A DNA stretch of 64,000 nucleotides, from positions 41,948-105,947 of the forward strand of contig DASTPE010000048.1 of assembly GCA_035762345.1 (NCBI GenBank). Direction: 5' to 3'. How positions within the stretch are numbered: position 1 is the stretch's first letter; every line of letters begins with the position of its first letter. Source of the stretch: Burkholderiales bacterium (GTDB lineage: Bacteria; Pseudomonadota; Gammaproteobacteria; Burkholderiales; SG8-39). Positions 26,609 through 38,585 of this stretch are shown here, one piece after another. The position numbers and the translations under genes are program-made. Under the pieces are notes generated by a model. It made no database searches. It was not told the origin of the DNA and worked only from the letters and a program-made list of their open reading frames with translations.

Positions 26609-27791
26609 AGGCCGCGCGAAAAGATGCGAGATCCTGGTGATCAATCAGATCGCGCAGGTGGGGCTCAAACGTTTTCCAGCGGATAAGTACGCGGTGGTGA
26701 AGGAGTCGAAGGATCCGGAAGCAATCCTCGTGCGCTCGCAGGACCTGCACAAGTTCGGGTTCGGCCCGTCACTGCGCGCGGTCGGCCGCGCGGGCGCCGG
26801 CACGAACAACATCCCGGTCGCTGCGCTTTCCAAGCGCGGCGTGCCCGTGTTCAACGCGCCGGGCGCGAACGCCAACGCGGTCAAGGAGCTGGTGCTCGCC
26901 GGCATGCTGATCGCGGCGCGGAACCTCGCGCCGGCGCTCGAATTCGCAAGAAGTCTTCCCGAGGATGATCTGGAACAGCGCGTCGAAGGCGGGAAGACGC
27001 AGTTCGCCGGCGTAGAGCTGCCGGGGCATACGCTCGGCGTCATCGGCCTCGGCAAGGTCGGCAGCCTGGTCGCCGACGCGGCGATTCGCCTCGGCATGAA
27101 CGTGCACGGTTACGATCCGCACATCACCGTCGAAGCCGCGTGGAGCCTGCCTTCGCAAGTCCGGCGCGCGCCTTCGATCGAGGAACTGGTGCGCGCCAGC
27201 CATTTCGTTACGCTGCACGTCCCGCTGGGCGAAAAGACGCGCCACCTTGTCAATGCCCGCATGCTCGAGAACTTCCGCTCCGGCGCGGTGCTGCTGAACT
27301 TCTCGCGCGAAGGGGTGGTCGAGGAGCAGGCCGTATCCAAAGCTCTTTCGGCCGGCAAGCTGAAATGGTATGTGACCGACTTCCCGAGCGCAGGCCTCGT
27401 CCGGCATGCGGGCGTGATCGCGCTGCCGCACCTCGGCGCCTCGACGCGCGAGGCAGAAGACAACTGCGCCATCATGGTCGCCGACCAGGTGCGCGAGTAC
27501 CTCGAGCACGGCACCCTGCAGAATGCGGTCAACTTTCCCGACGCCGCCATGGCGCGCGAGGCGCCCTATCGCCTCGCGATCGCCAACGCCAACGTGCCGG
27601 ACATGCTCGGGCGCATCTCGCACGCGCTTGGGCGGCGCAAGATCAACATCCATAACATGCTGAACAAGTCGAAGGGCGAGATGGCCTACACGCTGGTCGA
27701 CGCCGACAGTCCGGTGCCGGCCGAGGCGCTGAAAGAGCTATCGGGCCTGACTGGCGTGCTCGCGGTACGTTATCTTCCTGTGAATGGCTGA
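26601..27791 (+). CDS. D-3-phosphoglycerate dehydrogenase-type 2-hydroxyacid dehydrogenase with C-terminal ACT domain
   Basis: The NAD fold reads GHTLGVIGLGKVGSLVA. The catalytic region reads ...NFSREGVV...PHLGAST.EA. An ACT-like tail reads YRLAIANANVPDMLGRISHALGRRKINIHNM. The position between serC and pheA suggests serA, but I cannot prove substrate specificity. Confidence 0.75.
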   Translation: MAKGRAKRCEILVINQIAQVGLKRFPADKYAVVKESKDPEAILVRSQDLHKFGFGPSLRAVGRAGAGTNNIPVAALSKRGVPVFNAPGANANAVKELVLAGMLIAARNLAPALEFARSLPEDDLEQRVEGGKTQFAGVELPGHTLGVIGLGKVGSLVADAAIRLGMNVHGYDPHITVEAAWSLPSQVRRAPSIEELVRASHFVTLHVPLGEKTRHLVNARMLENFRSGAVLLNFSREGVVEEQAVSKALSAGKLKWYVTDFPSAGLVRHAGVIALPHLGASTREAEDNCAIMVADQVREYLEHGTLQNAVNFPDAAMAREAPYRLAIANANVPDMLGRISHALGRRKINIHNMLNKSKGEMAYTLVDADSPVPAEALKELSGLTGVLAVRYLPVNG

Positions 27792-28854
27792 CGAAATCGA
27801 AAAGCTGCGCAAGGAGATCGACGCGCTGGACGAGGAACTCGCCGCGCTCGTCCAGCGACGGGCGAGCCTGGCGCAGAAGATCGGCGCGCTGAAGGGCGGC
27901 GCGCCCTCCTACCGGCCGGAGCGCGAGAGCGAGATTCTGCAGAGGGTCAGCAAGGTCCGCGGCCCGCTCGCCGGCGAGCGGGTGACCGCGGTGTTCCGCG
28001 AGATTATCTCGGCCTGCCGCGGCCTCGAGGAGTTGATCCGCGTGTCCTACCTCGGCCCCGAAGGCACGTTCAGCGAGCAGGCGGCGCGCAAGCATTTCGG
28101 GCGCGCCGTCGAGGCGCTGCCCGCCGCGTCGGTGGACGAGGCGTTCCGGCGCTGCGAGTCCGGGGCTGCGCAGTTCACCGTGGTGCCAGTGGAGAACTCT
28201 ACCGAAGGCGCGGTCGGGCGGACGCTCGACCTGCTGCTCGCGACGCCGCTTCGCATCTGCGGCGAGATCGAGCTCAGAGTGCACCAGAACCTCATGTCGC
28301 GTGCCGAGAAGATTTCCTCCGTGAAAAGAATCTATTCCCATGCCCAATCGCTGGCGCAGTGCAACGGCTGGCTGAGCCAGAATCTTCCCGGGGTCGAGCG
28401 GGTGCCGGTGGTCTCGAACGCCGAAGCAGCGCGGCGCGCCGCCGACGAGGCGAGCGCAGCGGCGATCGCGGGCGAGGCCGCCGCTGAGCGTTATCAGCTC
28501 GCGCTGCTCGCGCGCTCGATCGAGGACGACCCGAACAACACCACGCGCTTCCTTGTGCTCGGCAACCTCGAGCCGGGCCCGACCGGCAAGGACCGCACCT
28601 CGCTTGTCATGTCGGCCGAGAACAAGCCGGGGGCGGTGCATGCGCTGCTCACTCCGCTCGCGCAGCACCGCGTCAGCATGACGCGCATCGAATCGCGTCC
28701 CGCGCGTGCGCGATCTGCGCTGTGGGAATACGTATTCTTCATCGACGTCGAAGGCCACCAGAAGGACGAGCCGGTGGCCCGGGCGCTCGGCGAACTGAAG
28801 CGGCTCGCGCCGTATCTCAAGGTCCTGGGGTCGTACCCGGCGGCCGCAAACTGA
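27784..28854 (+). CDS. pheA: Bifunctional chorismate mutase / prephenate dehydratase (P-protein)
   Basis: The CM helix reads LRKEIDALDEELAALVQRRASLAQKIGALK. The PDT domain reads VSYLGPEGTFSEQAA...VPVENSTEGAV. An ACT domain (TSLVMSAENKPGAVHALL) and ESRP are also present. Confidence 0.95.
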   Translation: MADEIEKLRKEIDALDEELAALVQRRASLAQKIGALKGGAPSYRPERESEILQRVSKVRGPLAGERVTAVFREIISACRGLEELIRVSYLGPEGTFSEQAARKHFGRAVEALPAASVDEAFRRCESGAAQFTVVPVENSTEGAVGRTLDLLLATPLRICGEIELRVHQNLMSRAEKISSVKRIYSHAQSLAQCNGWLSQNLPGVERVPVVSNAEAARRAADEASAAAIAGEAAAERYQLALLARSIEDDPNNTTRFLVLGNLEPGPTGKDRTSLVMSAENKPGAVHALLTPLAQHRVSMTRIESRPARARSALWEYVFFIDVEGHQKDEPVARALGELKRLAPYLKVLGSYPAAAN

Positions 28855-28869
28855 CAGGGTGGCGTTTTC

Positions 28870-29979
28870 ATGCTGATGGATCTCTGCGAACTCTCGCCTT
28901 CGTACGTGCGCTCGATCGCGCCGTACCAGCCCGGCAAGCCGATCTCCGAGCTGGCGCGGGAGATGGGCCTCGATGAGCGCTCGATCGTAAAGCTCGCGTC
29001 CAACGAGAACCCGCGCGGCATCGGCCCGCGCACGCGCGCCGCGATCGAAGCGTCGATCGCCGAGATCGCCCGCTATCCGGACGGCAACGGCTTCGAGTTG
29101 AAGCAGGCGCTCGCGCGGCGCTACGCCGTCGACATGAGCTCGATCGTGCTTGGTAACGGCTCGAACGACGTGCTCGAGCTGGTCGCGCTCGCCTTCCTCG
29201 GTCCGGGCCGCGCCGCGGTGTTCTCGCAGCACTGCTTCGCGGTGTATCCGCTCGCGACCCAGGCGCGCGGCGCGCGCTCGATCGTCGTCCCGGCGAAGGA
29301 CTACGGCCACCATCTGGCGGCGATCGCCAAAGCGATTGACGATGAGACTTATGTCGCCTGGATCGCGAATCCGAATAATCCGACTGGCACCTTCGCCCGC
29401 TACGAGGAGATCGAGGCGTTCCTCAAGCGGGTCCCGGAGCGCGTGCTGATGGTGCTCGACGAGGCGTACAACGAGTACCTGGCGCCCGAGTTGCGCGGCG
29501 ACACCGTCAAGCTCATCAAGCGCCATCCGAACCTCATCGTCACGCGCACGTTCTCCAAGGCGTACGGTCTCGCCGGGCTGCGCGTGGGCTACGCGCTCGC
29601 GCACGCCTCGGTGGCCGACGTGATGAACCGCGTGCGCCAGCCGTTCAATGTGAACAGCGTCGCGCTCGCCGCGGCGGTCGCCGCGCTCGACGACATGGAG
29701 TTCGTCGCGCGCAGCTATGCCGAGAATCTGCAAGGCATGCGCCAGCTCGAGGAGGGCGCGAAGCGCCTCGGGCTCGACTACATTCCCTCATACGCTAACT
29801 TCATCACCATCCGCGTAGGCAGGGCCGCGGAGATCTACAAGCGGCTCCTGCGCCGCGGGGTCATCGTGCGTCCGGTCGGCGGCGGTTACGGTTTGCCCGA
29901 GCACCTGCGCGTCACGATCGGCACCGCTCAGGAGAACGAGCGTTTCCTCGGGGCGCTCGCTGCTTCCCTGAAGGAATGA
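28870..29979 (+). CDS. hisC: Histidinol-phosphate / aromatic aminotransferase
   Basis: Class-II aminotransferase signatures are present: KLASNENPRG, NPNNPTG, and the PLP-Lys region TFSKAYGLAGLRVGY. Confidence 0.9.
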   Translation: MLMDLCELSPSYVRSIAPYQPGKPISELAREMGLDERSIVKLASNENPRGIGPRTRAAIEASIAEIARYPDGNGFELKQALARRYAVDMSSIVLGNGSNDVLELVALAFLGPGRAAVFSQHCFAVYPLATQARGARSIVVPAKDYGHHLAAIAKAIDDETYVAWIANPNNPTGTFARYEEIEAFLKRVPERVLMVLDEAYNEYLAPELRGDTVKLIKRHPNLIVTRTFSKAYGLAGLRVGYALAHASVADVMNRVRQPFNVNSVALAAAVAALDDMEFVARSYAENLQGMRQLEEGAKRLGLDYIPSYANFITIRVGRAAEIYKRLLRRGVIVRPVGGGYGLPEHLRVTIGTAQENERFLGALAASLKE

Positions 29980-30818
29980 GACTTGCGGTTATTGGGGTCG
30001 GGCTGATCGGCGGCTCCTTTGCGCTCGCCCTCAAGCAAGCGAAACAGGTGTCGCATGTCGTCGGCGTCGGCCGCAACGCCGCCAACCTCAAGACCGCGCT
30101 CGAGCGGGGCATCATCGATTCGATCGCCTCGGATGCAGGCGTCGCCGCGCGCGGCGCCGACCTCGTGCTCGTGGCAACGCCGGTGGGGCAATTCGGCGAT
30201 GTATTTAGCGCGCTGCGCGACGCGCGCGCGCTTATCACCGACGGTGGCAGCACGAAGCGCGACGTCATTGCCGCGGCGCGCAAGGCGCTCGGTCCAGGAA
30301 TTTCGCGCTTCGTGCCAGCGCACCCGATCGCCGGCGCCGAGAAAAGCGGCGCGGCGGCCGCGAGCGCGGACCTGTTCAAGGACAAACGGGTGGTGCTGAC
30401 GCCGGTCGAAGAGAACTCGCACGATTCCATTTCGAAAGTCGAACAAGCCTGGAAAGCGTGCGGCGCCCGCGTCAACCGCATGAACGCCGAAGAGCACGAC
30501 GCGGTACTCGCGACGGTGAGCCACCTGCCGCATCTTCTCGCGTACGCCCTGGTACACGAGGTCGCCGACCGCGACAACTCCCGAGAGCTCTTCTCCTTCG
30601 CCGCGGGCGGCTTCCGCGACTTCACCCGCATCGCCTCCAGCCATCCCGAGATGTGGCGCGACATCTGCGTTGCTAATAGAGATAGGCTGTTGGACGAACT
30701 TTCCAGGTTTTCCAGCAAGCTCGAGCAGGTGAGGAAGCTGCTCGACAATCCAGGCGAGCTGGAGAAGCTGTTCGCCGAAGCGCGCGATGCGCGCGACAAA
30801 TGGATTCGCTCGAGCTGA
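29976..30818 (+). CDS. tyrA: Prephenate dehydrogenase
   Basis: The sequence reads [20 protein letters not shown]...GSTK...[10 protein letters not shown]...[13 protein letters not shown]. Confidence 0.9.
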   Translation: MRLAVIGVGLIGGSFALALKQAKQVSHVVGVGRNAANLKTALERGIIDSIASDAGVAARGADLVLVATPVGQFGDVFSALRDARALITDGGSTKRDVIAAARKALGPGISRFVPAHPIAGAEKSGAAAASADLFKDKRVVLTPVEENSHDSISKVEQAWKACGARVNRMNAEEHDAVLATVSHLPHLLAYALVHEVADRDNSRELFSFAAGGFRDFTRIASSHPEMWRDICVANRDRLLDELSRFSSKLEQVRKLLDNPGELEKLFAEARDARDKWIRSS

Positions 30819-32065
30819 AGCCCGCGCGCGGCGCCGCCGGTACGGTGCGGCTCCCGGGCTCGAAAAGCATCTCCAACCGCGTTCTCCTGCTCGCCGCCCT
30901 CGCGCGCGGCGAAACCGAGGTCCTCGGGTTGCTCGACGCCGACGACACGCGCGTCATGCGCGCAGCGCTTTCCCGCCTTGGGGTTTCATTCAATAACAAC
31001 ACCGTGAAAGGCGTTGCCGGACCATTCCCGGTCAAGAAGGCCGAGCTTTTCCTCGGCAACGCCGGCACGGCGTTCCGCCCCCTCACCGCCGCGCTCTCGC
31101 TGTCCGGCGGTGAATACCGCCTGTACGGCGTGGCGCGCATGCGCGAGCGGCCGGTCGGCGACCTCGTCGAGGCGCTGCGCGCCATCGGCGCGCGCATCGA
31201 CTATGCGGGCAAGCAAGGCTTTCCGCCGCTCGTCATCCATCCCGGCGACATTCGCCTGGAACGACCGGTGAAGGTGAAAGGCGACGTGTCCTCGCAGTTC
31301 CTTACAGCGCTGCTGATGGCGCTGCCGCTGGCGGGCCGCGATTCCACGATCGAGGTGCAAGGCGACCTGATTTCCAAGCCCTACGTCGAGATCACTCTCA
31401 ACGTGATGCAGCGTTTCGGCATTTCAGTGAAAAGAGACGCGTGGCGCGCATTCCACGTTCCTGCGCGGCTGTATACGAGCCCGGGAAAGATCTTCGTCGA
31501 AGGCGACGCCTCGTCGGCTTCCTACTTCCTCGCCGCCGGCGCGCTCGGCGGCGGGCCGGTGCGCGTCGAAGGCGTCGGACGGGGCAGCGTCCAGGGGGAT
31601 ATTCGCTTCACCGAGGTGCTGGAGCGGATGGGCGCGCGTGTCTCCATGGACGAAAACGCGATCGAAGTTTCCGGTGGAAAACAACTGCAGCCGATCGACA
31701 TGGACATGAATCACATCCCCGACGCCGCGATGACTACCGCGGTGCTCGCGCTCTTCGCCGAAGGCCCAAGCACGATCCGCAACGTGGCGAGCTGGCGTGT
31801 GAAGGAAACCGACCGCTTGGCAGCGATGGCAACGGAGTTGCGCAAGCTGGGTGCAACAATCGAGGAGGGAAAAGATTTCCTCAAGATCGTCCCGGGAAGA
31901 TTGCGGCCAGGTGCGTCGGTCGACACTTACGATGATCACCGCATGGCGATGAGCTTCGCCCTCGTGGCGCTCGGCGGAGTCGCGGTCCGGATCAATGATC
32001 CGCAGTGTGTCGCGAAGACGTTCCCCGGTTTCTTTGATGCTTGGAAGAGCATCCTTATCTCATGA
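30800..32065 (+). CDS. aroA: 3-phosphoshikimate 1-carboxyvinyltransferase (EPSP synthase)
   Basis: Motifs include [29 protein letters not shown] and [13 protein letters not shown]. It overlaps the tyrA end by 19 nt. Confidence 0.95.
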   Translation: MDSLELKPARGAAGTVRLPGSKSISNRVLLLAALARGETEVLGLLDADDTRVMRAALSRLGVSFNNNTVKGVAGPFPVKKAELFLGNAGTAFRPLTAALSLSGGEYRLYGVARMRERPVGDLVEALRAIGARIDYAGKQGFPPLVIHPGDIRLERPVKVKGDVSSQFLTALLMALPLAGRDSTIEVQGDLISKPYVEITLNVMQRFGISVKRDAWRAFHVPARLYTSPGKIFVEGDASSASYFLAAGALGGGPVRVEGVGRGSVQGDIRFTEVLERMGARVSMDENAIEVSGGKQLQPIDMDMNHIPDAAMTTAVLALFAEGPSTIRNVASWRVKETDRLAAMATELRKLGATIEEGKDFLKIVPGRLRPGASVDTYDDHRMAMSFALVALGGVAVRINDPQCVAKTFPGFFDAWKSILIS

Positions 32066-32727
32066 CCGTTCCCGTGATCGCGATCGACGGCCCGTCGGCG
32101 TCGGGGAAGGGCACGATCGCGAAGCGGGTGGCGGCGGCGCTGGGGTTTCACTACCTGGAAAGCGGGGCGCTGTACCGGCTGGTGGCGCTTATTGCGCTGC
32201 GACAGGGGCTACACGACGAGGCCGCGATCGCGGCAGCGGCCGCGGGCATGGATGTGTATTTCCAGGGAGATGAGATATTCCTTGAAGATGAAGAGGTTAG
32301 CTTCCATATCCGGCATGAGGAGGTCGGCAAGCGCGCCTCCGACATTGCACCGATGCCCGCTGTGCGGCGCGCCCTTCTGGCGCGGCAGCGGGCTTTCCGG
32401 AGCCGCCCCGGCCTAGTCGCCGACGGCAGGGACATGGGGACCATCGTCTTCCCCGACGCGCCCCTCAAAATCTTCTTGACAGCGGGCCCCGAAGTCAGGG
32501 CCCAACGTAGATATAAGCAGTTGATAGAAAAAGGAATCGCTGCTAATCTGAGCGCCCTTTCGCGGGACCTCGCGGAGCGCGATGCGCGGGACGCAAACCG
32601 CGCCGTGGCGCCGCTCGCACCGGCGCCGGATTCGCAAGTGCTCGATTCTTCGGGTCTTTCGGTCGAGGAGGTCGCCGACAGGGTATTGCAGTTGTGGCAG
32701 CAGAAGGTAACGGGTGAGCACCGCTAG
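32062..32727 (+). CDS. cmk: Cytidylate kinase
   Basis: The N-terminus reads [24 protein letters not shown] (P-loop). The ATG overlaps the aroA TGA (ATGA). The ORF-track start at 32041 lies inside aroA. Confidence 0.95.
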   Translation: MTVPVIAIDGPSASGKGTIAKRVAAALGFHYLESGALYRLVALIALRQGLHDEAAIAAAAAGMDVYFQGDEIFLEDEEVSFHIRHEEVGKRASDIAPMPAVRRALLARQRAFRSRPGLVADGRDMGTIVFPDAPLKIFLTAGPEVRAQRRYKQLIEKGIAANLSALSRDLAERDARDANRAVAPLAPAPDSQVLDSSGLSVEEVADRVLQLWQQKVTGEHR

Positions 32728-32793
32728 GACGGTGCTCGGTTTTCAACTTAGCCCGGGGGCCAAGCCTCCGGTTTGAAAAGGTTTTTTCATTAC

Positions 32794-34524
32794 ATGGCCA
32801 GTGTTTCCCCGCAGTCGCCCGCAGCCGCCGCCGGAGAGTCTTTCGCGGCGCTTTTCGAAGAAAGCCTGAACCGTAAGGAGATGCGGGTCGGCGAAGTGAT
32901 CACCGCCGAAGTGGTGAGCGTCGACGAGAACTTCGTGGTGGTGAACGCGGGGCTGAAGTCCGAGAGCGTCATCGCGGTCGACGAGTTCAGAAACGACGCG
33001 GGGCAGGTCGAAGTGAAGCCCGGCGACTTCGTGAGCGTCTCGATCGAGGCGCTCGAGGATGGCTATGGCGCGACGCGCCTGTCGCGCGACAAGGCGAAGC
33101 GCATGGCGGCGTGGCTCGAGCTGGAAAAGGCGCTCGAGTCGGGCGAGAAGATTCAGGGAGTGATTACCGGCAAGGTCAAGGGCGGCCTGACCGTCATGGC
33201 GAGGGGCATCCGTGCGTTCCTGCCGGGTTCGCTTGTCGACCTGCGGCCAGTGAAGGACACCACGCCGTACGAGGGCAAGGCCATGGAGTTCAAGGTCATC
33301 AAGCTCGACCGCAAGCGCAACAACGTTGTGGTGTCCAGACGCGCGGTGCTCGAGGAGACGGCGGGCGCGGAACGCGAGGCGCTTCTCGCCTCGCTGCAGG
33401 AAGGCGCGACCGTGAAAGGCATCGTCAAGAACATCACCGACTACGGCGCGTTCGTGGACCTCGGCGGTATCGACGGGCTGCTCCACATCACCGACCTCGC
33501 CTGGCGCCGCGTGAAGCATCCGTCCGAAGTGCTCAACGTCGGCGACGAAGTCACGGCGAAGGTGCTCAAGTTCGACTCCGAGAAGAACCGGGTCTCGCTC
33601 GGGCTCAAGCAGCTCGGCGAGGACCCGTGGGTGGGCATTGCCCGACGCTATCCGCAAGCGACGCGACTGTTCGGCAAAGTCACCAATCTCACCGACTACG
33701 GGGCGTTCGTGGAGGTGGAGTCGGGTATCGAGGGGCTGGTGCACGTCTCGGAGATGGACTGGACCAACAAGAACGTGCATCCGTCCAAGGTGGTGCAGGT
33801 CGGCGACGAAGTGGAAGTGATGATTCTGGAGATCGACGAGGAGCGCCGCCGCATCTCCCTCGGCATGAAACAATGCATGCCGAACCCCTGGGAAGATTTC
33901 GCCCGCGAGTACAAGAAGGGCGACAAGGTCAAGGGCCAGATCAAGTCGATCACCGACTTCGGCGTATTCGTGGGACTGCCCGGCGGCATCGACGGCCTGG
34001 TGCATCTTTCCGACCTTTCCTGGTCCTCGCCCGGCGAAGAGGCGGTCAAGAACTTCAAGAAGGGCGAGGAAGTCGAGGCAGTGGTGCTCTCGATCGACAT
34101 CGAGCGCGAGCGCATCTCGCTCGGCATCAAGCAGCTTGAGGGCGACCCGTTCACCAACTTCATCGCCGGCCACGAGAAGAACAGCGTGGTCACCGGCACG
34201 GTGAAGTCGGTCGACGCCAAGGGCGCGGTCGTCGACATCGGGGGCGTCGAAGGCTACCTGCGCGCCTCCGAGTTCTCGCGCGACCGCGTCGACGATCTGA
34301 CCAAGCACCTGAAGGAGGGAGACCGCGTGCAGGCGATGATCATCAACGTCGACCGCAAGAATCGCTCGATCAACCTGTCGGTGAAGGCGAAGGACCTCGC
34401 CGAGGAGACCGAGGCGATGAAGCAGCTTCGCACCGAGCAGGCGGCGGCCAGCGCCGGCGCCACCAACCTCGGAGCCCTGCTGCGCGCGAAGCTCGACAAG
34501 AAAGACGGCAACCCGCAGCAATAA
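32794..34524 (+). CDS. rpsA: 30S ribosomal protein S1
   Basis: [10 protein letters not shown] lies near the N-terminus. Six S1 repeats follow ([26 protein letters not shown] etc.). Confidence 0.95.
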   Translation: MASVSPQSPAAAAGESFAALFEESLNRKEMRVGEVITAEVVSVDENFVVVNAGLKSESVIAVDEFRNDAGQVEVKPGDFVSVSIEALEDGYGATRLSRDKAKRMAAWLELEKALESGEKIQGVITGKVKGGLTVMARGIRAFLPGSLVDLRPVKDTTPYEGKAMEFKVIKLDRKRNNVVVSRRAVLEETAGAEREALLASLQEGATVKGIVKNITDYGAFVDLGGIDGLLHITDLAWRRVKHPSEVLNVGDEVTAKVLKFDSEKNRVSLGLKQLGEDPWVGIARRYPQATRLFGKVTNLTDYGAFVEVESGIEGLVHVSEMDWTNKNVHPSKVVQVGDEVEVMILEIDEERRRISLGMKQCMPNPWEDFAREYKKGDKVKGQIKSITDFGVFVGLPGGIDGLVHLSDLSWSSPGEEAVKNFKKGEEVEAVVLSIDIERERISLGIKQLEGDPFTNFIAGHEKNSVVTGTVKSVDAKGAVVDIGGVEGYLRASEFSRDRVDDLTKHLKEGDRVQAMIINVDRKNRSINLSVKAKDLAEETEAMKQLRTEQAAASAGATNLGALLRAKLDKKDGNPQQ

Positions 34525-34551
34525 GGCCAGCCAAGGGGGGAGATGGTCGCC

Positions 34552-34884
<333 letters not shown>

Positions 34885-34911
34885 GACCAACGCACCCATC
34901 GCTCGCGCACG

Positions 34912-35178
34912 ATGCGCATCGTCACCTGGACGATCCGCCTGGTGGTGTTCGTGCTGCTCGTCGCGTTTGCGGCAAAGAATGTCGAGCCGATTGCGCTGCG
35001 CTTCTACTTCGGCCTCGAGCTGAAGGCGCCGCTCGTGCTCGCGCTGCTGGCCGCCTTCGCGCTCGGCGCGCTCTTCGGTGTCGCGGCCCTGCTCCGCACG
35101 ATCGTCCGGCAGCGCAGGGAAATCTCGCTTCTTAGGAAACCGGTCGAGCCGGCGCCCCCGCCCGTGACGCCGCTTTAG
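34912..35178 (+). CDS. lapA: LPS assembly protein LapA (YciS, DUF1049)
   Basis: 88 aa with two helices, located immediately upstream of lapB as in other proteobacteria. Confidence 0.7.
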   Translation: MRIVTWTIRLVVFVLLVAFAAKNVEPIALRFYFGLELKAPLVLALLAAFALGALFGVAALLRTIVRQRREISLLRKPVEPAPPPVTPL

Positions 35179-35180
35179 CG

Positions 35181-36344
35181 ATGGAGTTCGAGTACTGGTG
35201 GCTGCTCGGCTTTCCGCTGTTTTTCGGGCTGGGCTGGATGGCGGCGCGCATCGACATCAAGCAGATCGTGCGCGAATCGCGCGCGCTGCCGCGCTCGTAT
35301 TTCAAGGGCCTGAACTTCCTGCTGAACGAGCAGCCCGACAAGGCGATCGAAGCCTTCATCGAGGTGGTCAAGGTCGACCCCGAAACCGTTGAGCTGCACT
35401 TCGCGCTCGGGAGTCTGTTCCGCCGCCGCGGAGAGTACGACCGCGCGATCCGCATGCACCAGAACCTGCTCGAGCGCGCCGATCTCGGGCTCGAGCAGAA
35501 GCTTCAGGCGCAGATGGAGCTCGGCCAGGATTACCTCAAGGCGGGGATCCTCGACCGCGCCGAGGAGCTCTTTTCGCGGCTCGAGAGCACGAGCCAGGGA
35601 ATGGCCGCGCGCCGCTTCCTGCTCGAGATCTACCAGCAGGAGAAGAACTGGCCGCGCGCCATCGAGATGACCAAGCAGGTCGAGACCGACCCGCGTGCGC
35701 TGGCGCAGTTTCTGTGCGAGCTTGCCGCTTCGGAAGCCGCACAGTCGCGGCCCGACGCGGCGCGGCGGCACCTCGATGCGGCGCTTGAGGCCAACCGTAA
35801 GTGCGTGCGCGCCAGCCTGTTGCTCGGAGACATCGAAAAAAGCCAGAACAGGCTGGGGAAAGCTATTGATCATTGGAAGCGCATCGAATCGCAGGACCCG
35901 GCGTACCTCGCGCTCGTCGCCCAGCGCCTGATCGAAACGTACCGCGACGCCGGGCGCGCCGAGGAAGCCCTGACGCTCCTCGCCGGGTACCTCGAGCGCT
36001 ATCCGTCGCTCGATCTGCTCGACACCGTGTTTCAGCAGACGCTCGAGGCGAGGGGGCCGGAGCAGGCGTACGCCTTGGTGCGCGACGAGCTGCGCCGCAA
36101 CCCGACGCTCCTCGGCCTCGACCGCCTGCTCGAAGCCCAGATCGTCGCGGCCGGCTCGGCCGACAAGCGCCGCGACCTCGAGCTGGTAAGGAACCTGGTG
36201 CACGGCCATACGCGCCGCCTCGCGCGCTACCGCTGCGAGAGTTGTGGCTTCAAGGCGCGCCAGTTCCATTGGCAGTGTCCCGCCTGCGGCGGCTGGGAGA
36301 CCTACCCGCCGCGCCGAACCGAGGAATTTGAACTGACTCCATGA
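35181..36344 (+). CDS. lapB: LPS assembly protein LapB (YciM): TPR repeats + rubredoxin-like Zn finger
   Basis: There is an N-terminal helix and TPR repeats. The C-terminal motif [28 protein letters not shown] is diagnostic. Confidence 0.85.
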   Translation: MEFEYWWLLGFPLFFGLGWMAARIDIKQIVRESRALPRSYFKGLNFLLNEQPDKAIEAFIEVVKVDPETVELHFALGSLFRRRGEYDRAIRMHQNLLERADLGLEQKLQAQMELGQDYLKAGILDRAEELFSRLESTSQGMAARRFLLEIYQQEKNWPRAIEMTKQVETDPRALAQFLCELAASEAAQSRPDAARRHLDAALEANRKCVRASLLLGDIEKSQNRLGKAIDHWKRIESQDPAYLALVAQRLIETYRDAGRAEEALTLLAGYLERYPSLDLLDTVFQQTLEARGPEQAYALVRDELRRNPTLLGLDRLLEAQIVAAGSADKRRDLELVRNLVHGHTRRLARYRCESCGFKARQFHWQCPACGGWETYPPRRTEEFELTP

Positions 36345-36354
36345 GGAAGATCGC

Positions 36355-37665
36355 ATGAACGTTACCGTCATCGGCACCGGATACGTGGGGCTCGTCACCG
36401 GCGCCTGCCTGGCCGAGGCGGGCAACGCGGTGTTCTGCCTCGACGTCAATGAAGAGCGAATTCGGGTCCTGAATGAGGGCGGCATTCCGATCTTCGAGCC
36501 GGGGCTCGAGCCGATCGTGAAGCGCAACCACGAGGCGGGACGCCTGCGCTTCTCCACCGACGTGGCGGCAAGCGTGGCGCACGGCGAGCTGCAGCTAATC
36601 GCGGTGAATACCCCGCCCGGCGAGGACGGCTCCGCCGACCTGCAGCACGTGCTCGCCGCCGCACGGACGATCGCCAGGCACATGAGGTCGTGGAAGCTCG
36701 TCGTAACCAAGTCCACCGTGCCGGTCGGCACCGCGGACAAGGTCCGCGAGTTCTTGAAGTCGGAAACGAAGTTCCCGTTCGCCGTGGTCTCGAATCCCGA
36801 GTTCCTGAAAGAGGGCGCCGCGGTCGAGGACTTCATGCGCCCCGACCGCGTCATCATCGGCGCCGATGACGAGCGCGCGATCGCGCTGCTGCGTCAGCTG
36901 TACGCGCCTTTCCAGCGTAACCACGAGCGCATCATGGTGATGAGCGTGCGCTCCGCGGAGCTCACCAAGTATGCGGCTAATTCCATGCTCGCGACGCGCA
37001 TCTCGTTCATGAACGAGCTCGCCAACCTCGCGGAGGCGCTCGGTGCCGACATCGAGGAAGTGCGCCGCGGCATCGGCTCCGATCCGCGCATCGGCTACCA
37101 ATTCCTCTACGCCGGGGCGGGCTTCGGCGGCTCATGCTTCCCGAAGGACGTGAAGGCGCTGCAGAGAAGCGCCGCCGAGGCGGGCAGGCCGCTGCGTATG
37201 CTCGCCGCGGTCGAAGAAGTCAACGAGGCGCAGAAGCACGTGCTCGGAGAAAAAGTGAAGGCCCGGCTCGGAAAGGATCTGCGCGGCAGGACGATCGCGC
37301 TTTGGGGGCTTGCGTTCAAGGCGAATACCGATGACATGCGCGAGGCGCCGAGCCGCACGCTGATTTCCGACCTGCTGGCCGCCGGCGCTTCCGTGCGCGC
37401 CTACGACCCGGCCGCGGGAGAGCAGGCCAGAAAGATCTTCCAGGACGACAAGCGCGTCGCCATCGTCGACTCCGCGATGGCGGCGCTCGAGGGAGCCGAC
37501 GCGCTTGCGATCGTCACCGAGTGGCAGGAGTTCCGCAGCCCGGGTTTGGCCACGATCCGCGAGCGGCTCAAGACCCCGGCGATCTTCGACGGACGCAACC
37601 TCTACGATCCGGCCGCTCTGAAAGCAATGGGCCTCGAGTACTACCCGATCGGGAGAAAAGCATAG
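36355..37665 (+). CDS. ugd: UDP-glucose 6-dehydrogenase
   Basis: The N-terminus reads [24 protein letters not shown]. The catalytic Cys region reads GGSCFPKDV. The C-terminal UDP-binding domain is present. Confidence 0.9.
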   Translation: MNVTVIGTGYVGLVTGACLAEAGNAVFCLDVNEERIRVLNEGGIPIFEPGLEPIVKRNHEAGRLRFSTDVAASVAHGELQLIAVNTPPGEDGSADLQHVLAAARTIARHMRSWKLVVTKSTVPVGTADKVREFLKSETKFPFAVVSNPEFLKEGAAVEDFMRPDRVIIGADDERAIALLRQLYAPFQRNHERIMVMSVRSAELTKYAANSMLATRISFMNELANLAEALGADIEEVRRGIGSDPRIGYQFLYAGAGFGGSCFPKDVKALQRSAAEAGRPLRMLAAVEEVNEAQKHVLGEKVKARLGKDLRGRTIALWGLAFKANTDDMREAPSRTLISDLLAAGASVRAYDPAAGEQARKIFQDDKRVAIVDSAMAALEGADALAIVTEWQEFRSPGLATIRERLKTPAIFDGRNLYDPAALKAMGLEYYPIGRKA

Positions 37666-38582
37666 ATACGTCGAATGCGCGCGTCCTGGTGGTCGGCGAC
37701 GTGATGCTCGATCGCTACTGGTTCGGCGATGTGTCGCGCATCTCACCCGAGGCGCCGGTGCCGGTGGTCCTGATCCGTGACGAGGACCGGAGGCTCGGCG
37801 GCGCGGCCAACGTTGCCTGGAACTGCAAGGAGCTGGGGGCGCGCACGCGGCTTCTGTCGGTGGTCGGGCGCGACGAGCCCGGACGGGCGCTCGAAAAGCT
37901 GCTGAAGGCAAGACGCATCGAAGCGAACCTGCACCGCGACCGCAGCCTGAGCACGACGCAGAAGCTGCGGGTGATCGCCAGGCGGCAGCAGCTCCTGCGC
38001 ATCGACTTCGAACGACCGCCCTCGCGCGAAGTGCTCGCCTTGAAGCTCGAGGAATTCAAGCGCGCGCTCCCCGATTGCGACGTGGTCCTGCTGTCGGACT
38101 ACGGCAAGGGTGGCCTCGCCCACATCGTGGAGATGATCCGAGCCGCCCGCCGCGCGGGTAAGCGCGTTCTCGTCGACCCGAAGGGCGACGACTATTCGCG
38201 CTACAAGAACGCAAGCATCCTCACGCCGAACCTCGCCGAGCTGCGCGAGGTAGTCGGCACCTGGAAGGACGAGAAGGACTTGAAGAGCCGCGCCCAGGCG
38301 CTGCGCGAGAAGCTGGGGCTGGAAGCGCTGCTCCTCACGCGTGGCGAAGACGGCATGACCTTGTTTGCGAGGAACGGGGCGACGACAATCAAGGCCGAGG
38401 CGCGCGAAGTGTTCGACGTGACCGGGGCGGGGGATACGGTGATCGCTACGCTCGCCGTGATGCTCGCGTCGGGGGCGAGGCTCGATGCCGCGGTGGGCCT
38501 TGCCAACCGCGCCGCCGGGATCGTCGTCGGCAAGCTCGGCACCGCGGCGGTAAGACATGAGGAACTCTTCGGGGCTCGCTGA
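37662..38582 (+). CDS. hldA: D-glycero-beta-D-manno-heptose-7-phosphate kinase (RfaE domain I only)
   Basis: The sequence reads [31 protein letters not shown]...TGAGDTVIA (PfkB kinase). The start is unresolved. No ATG/GTG/TTG lies in frame upstream of the conserved ARVLVVGD. Candidates are ATA 37662 (6 nt after GGGAG), CTG 37686, GTG 37689 and ATG 37704. Confidence 0.85.
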   Translation: MDTSNARVLVVGDVMLDRYWFGDVSRISPEAPVPVVLIRDEDRRLGGAANVAWNCKELGARTRLLSVVGRDEPGRALEKLLKARRIEANLHRDRSLSTTQKLRVIARRQQLLRIDFERPPSREVLALKLEEFKRALPDCDVVLLSDYGKGGLAHIVEMIRAARRAGKRVLVDPKGDDYSRYKNASILTPNLAELREVVGTWKDEKDLKSRAQALREKLGLEALLLTRGEDGMTLFARNGATTIKAEAREVFDVTGAGDTVIATLAVMLASGARLDAAVGLANRAAGIVVGKLGTAAVRHEELFGAR

Positions 38583-38585
38583 ACC

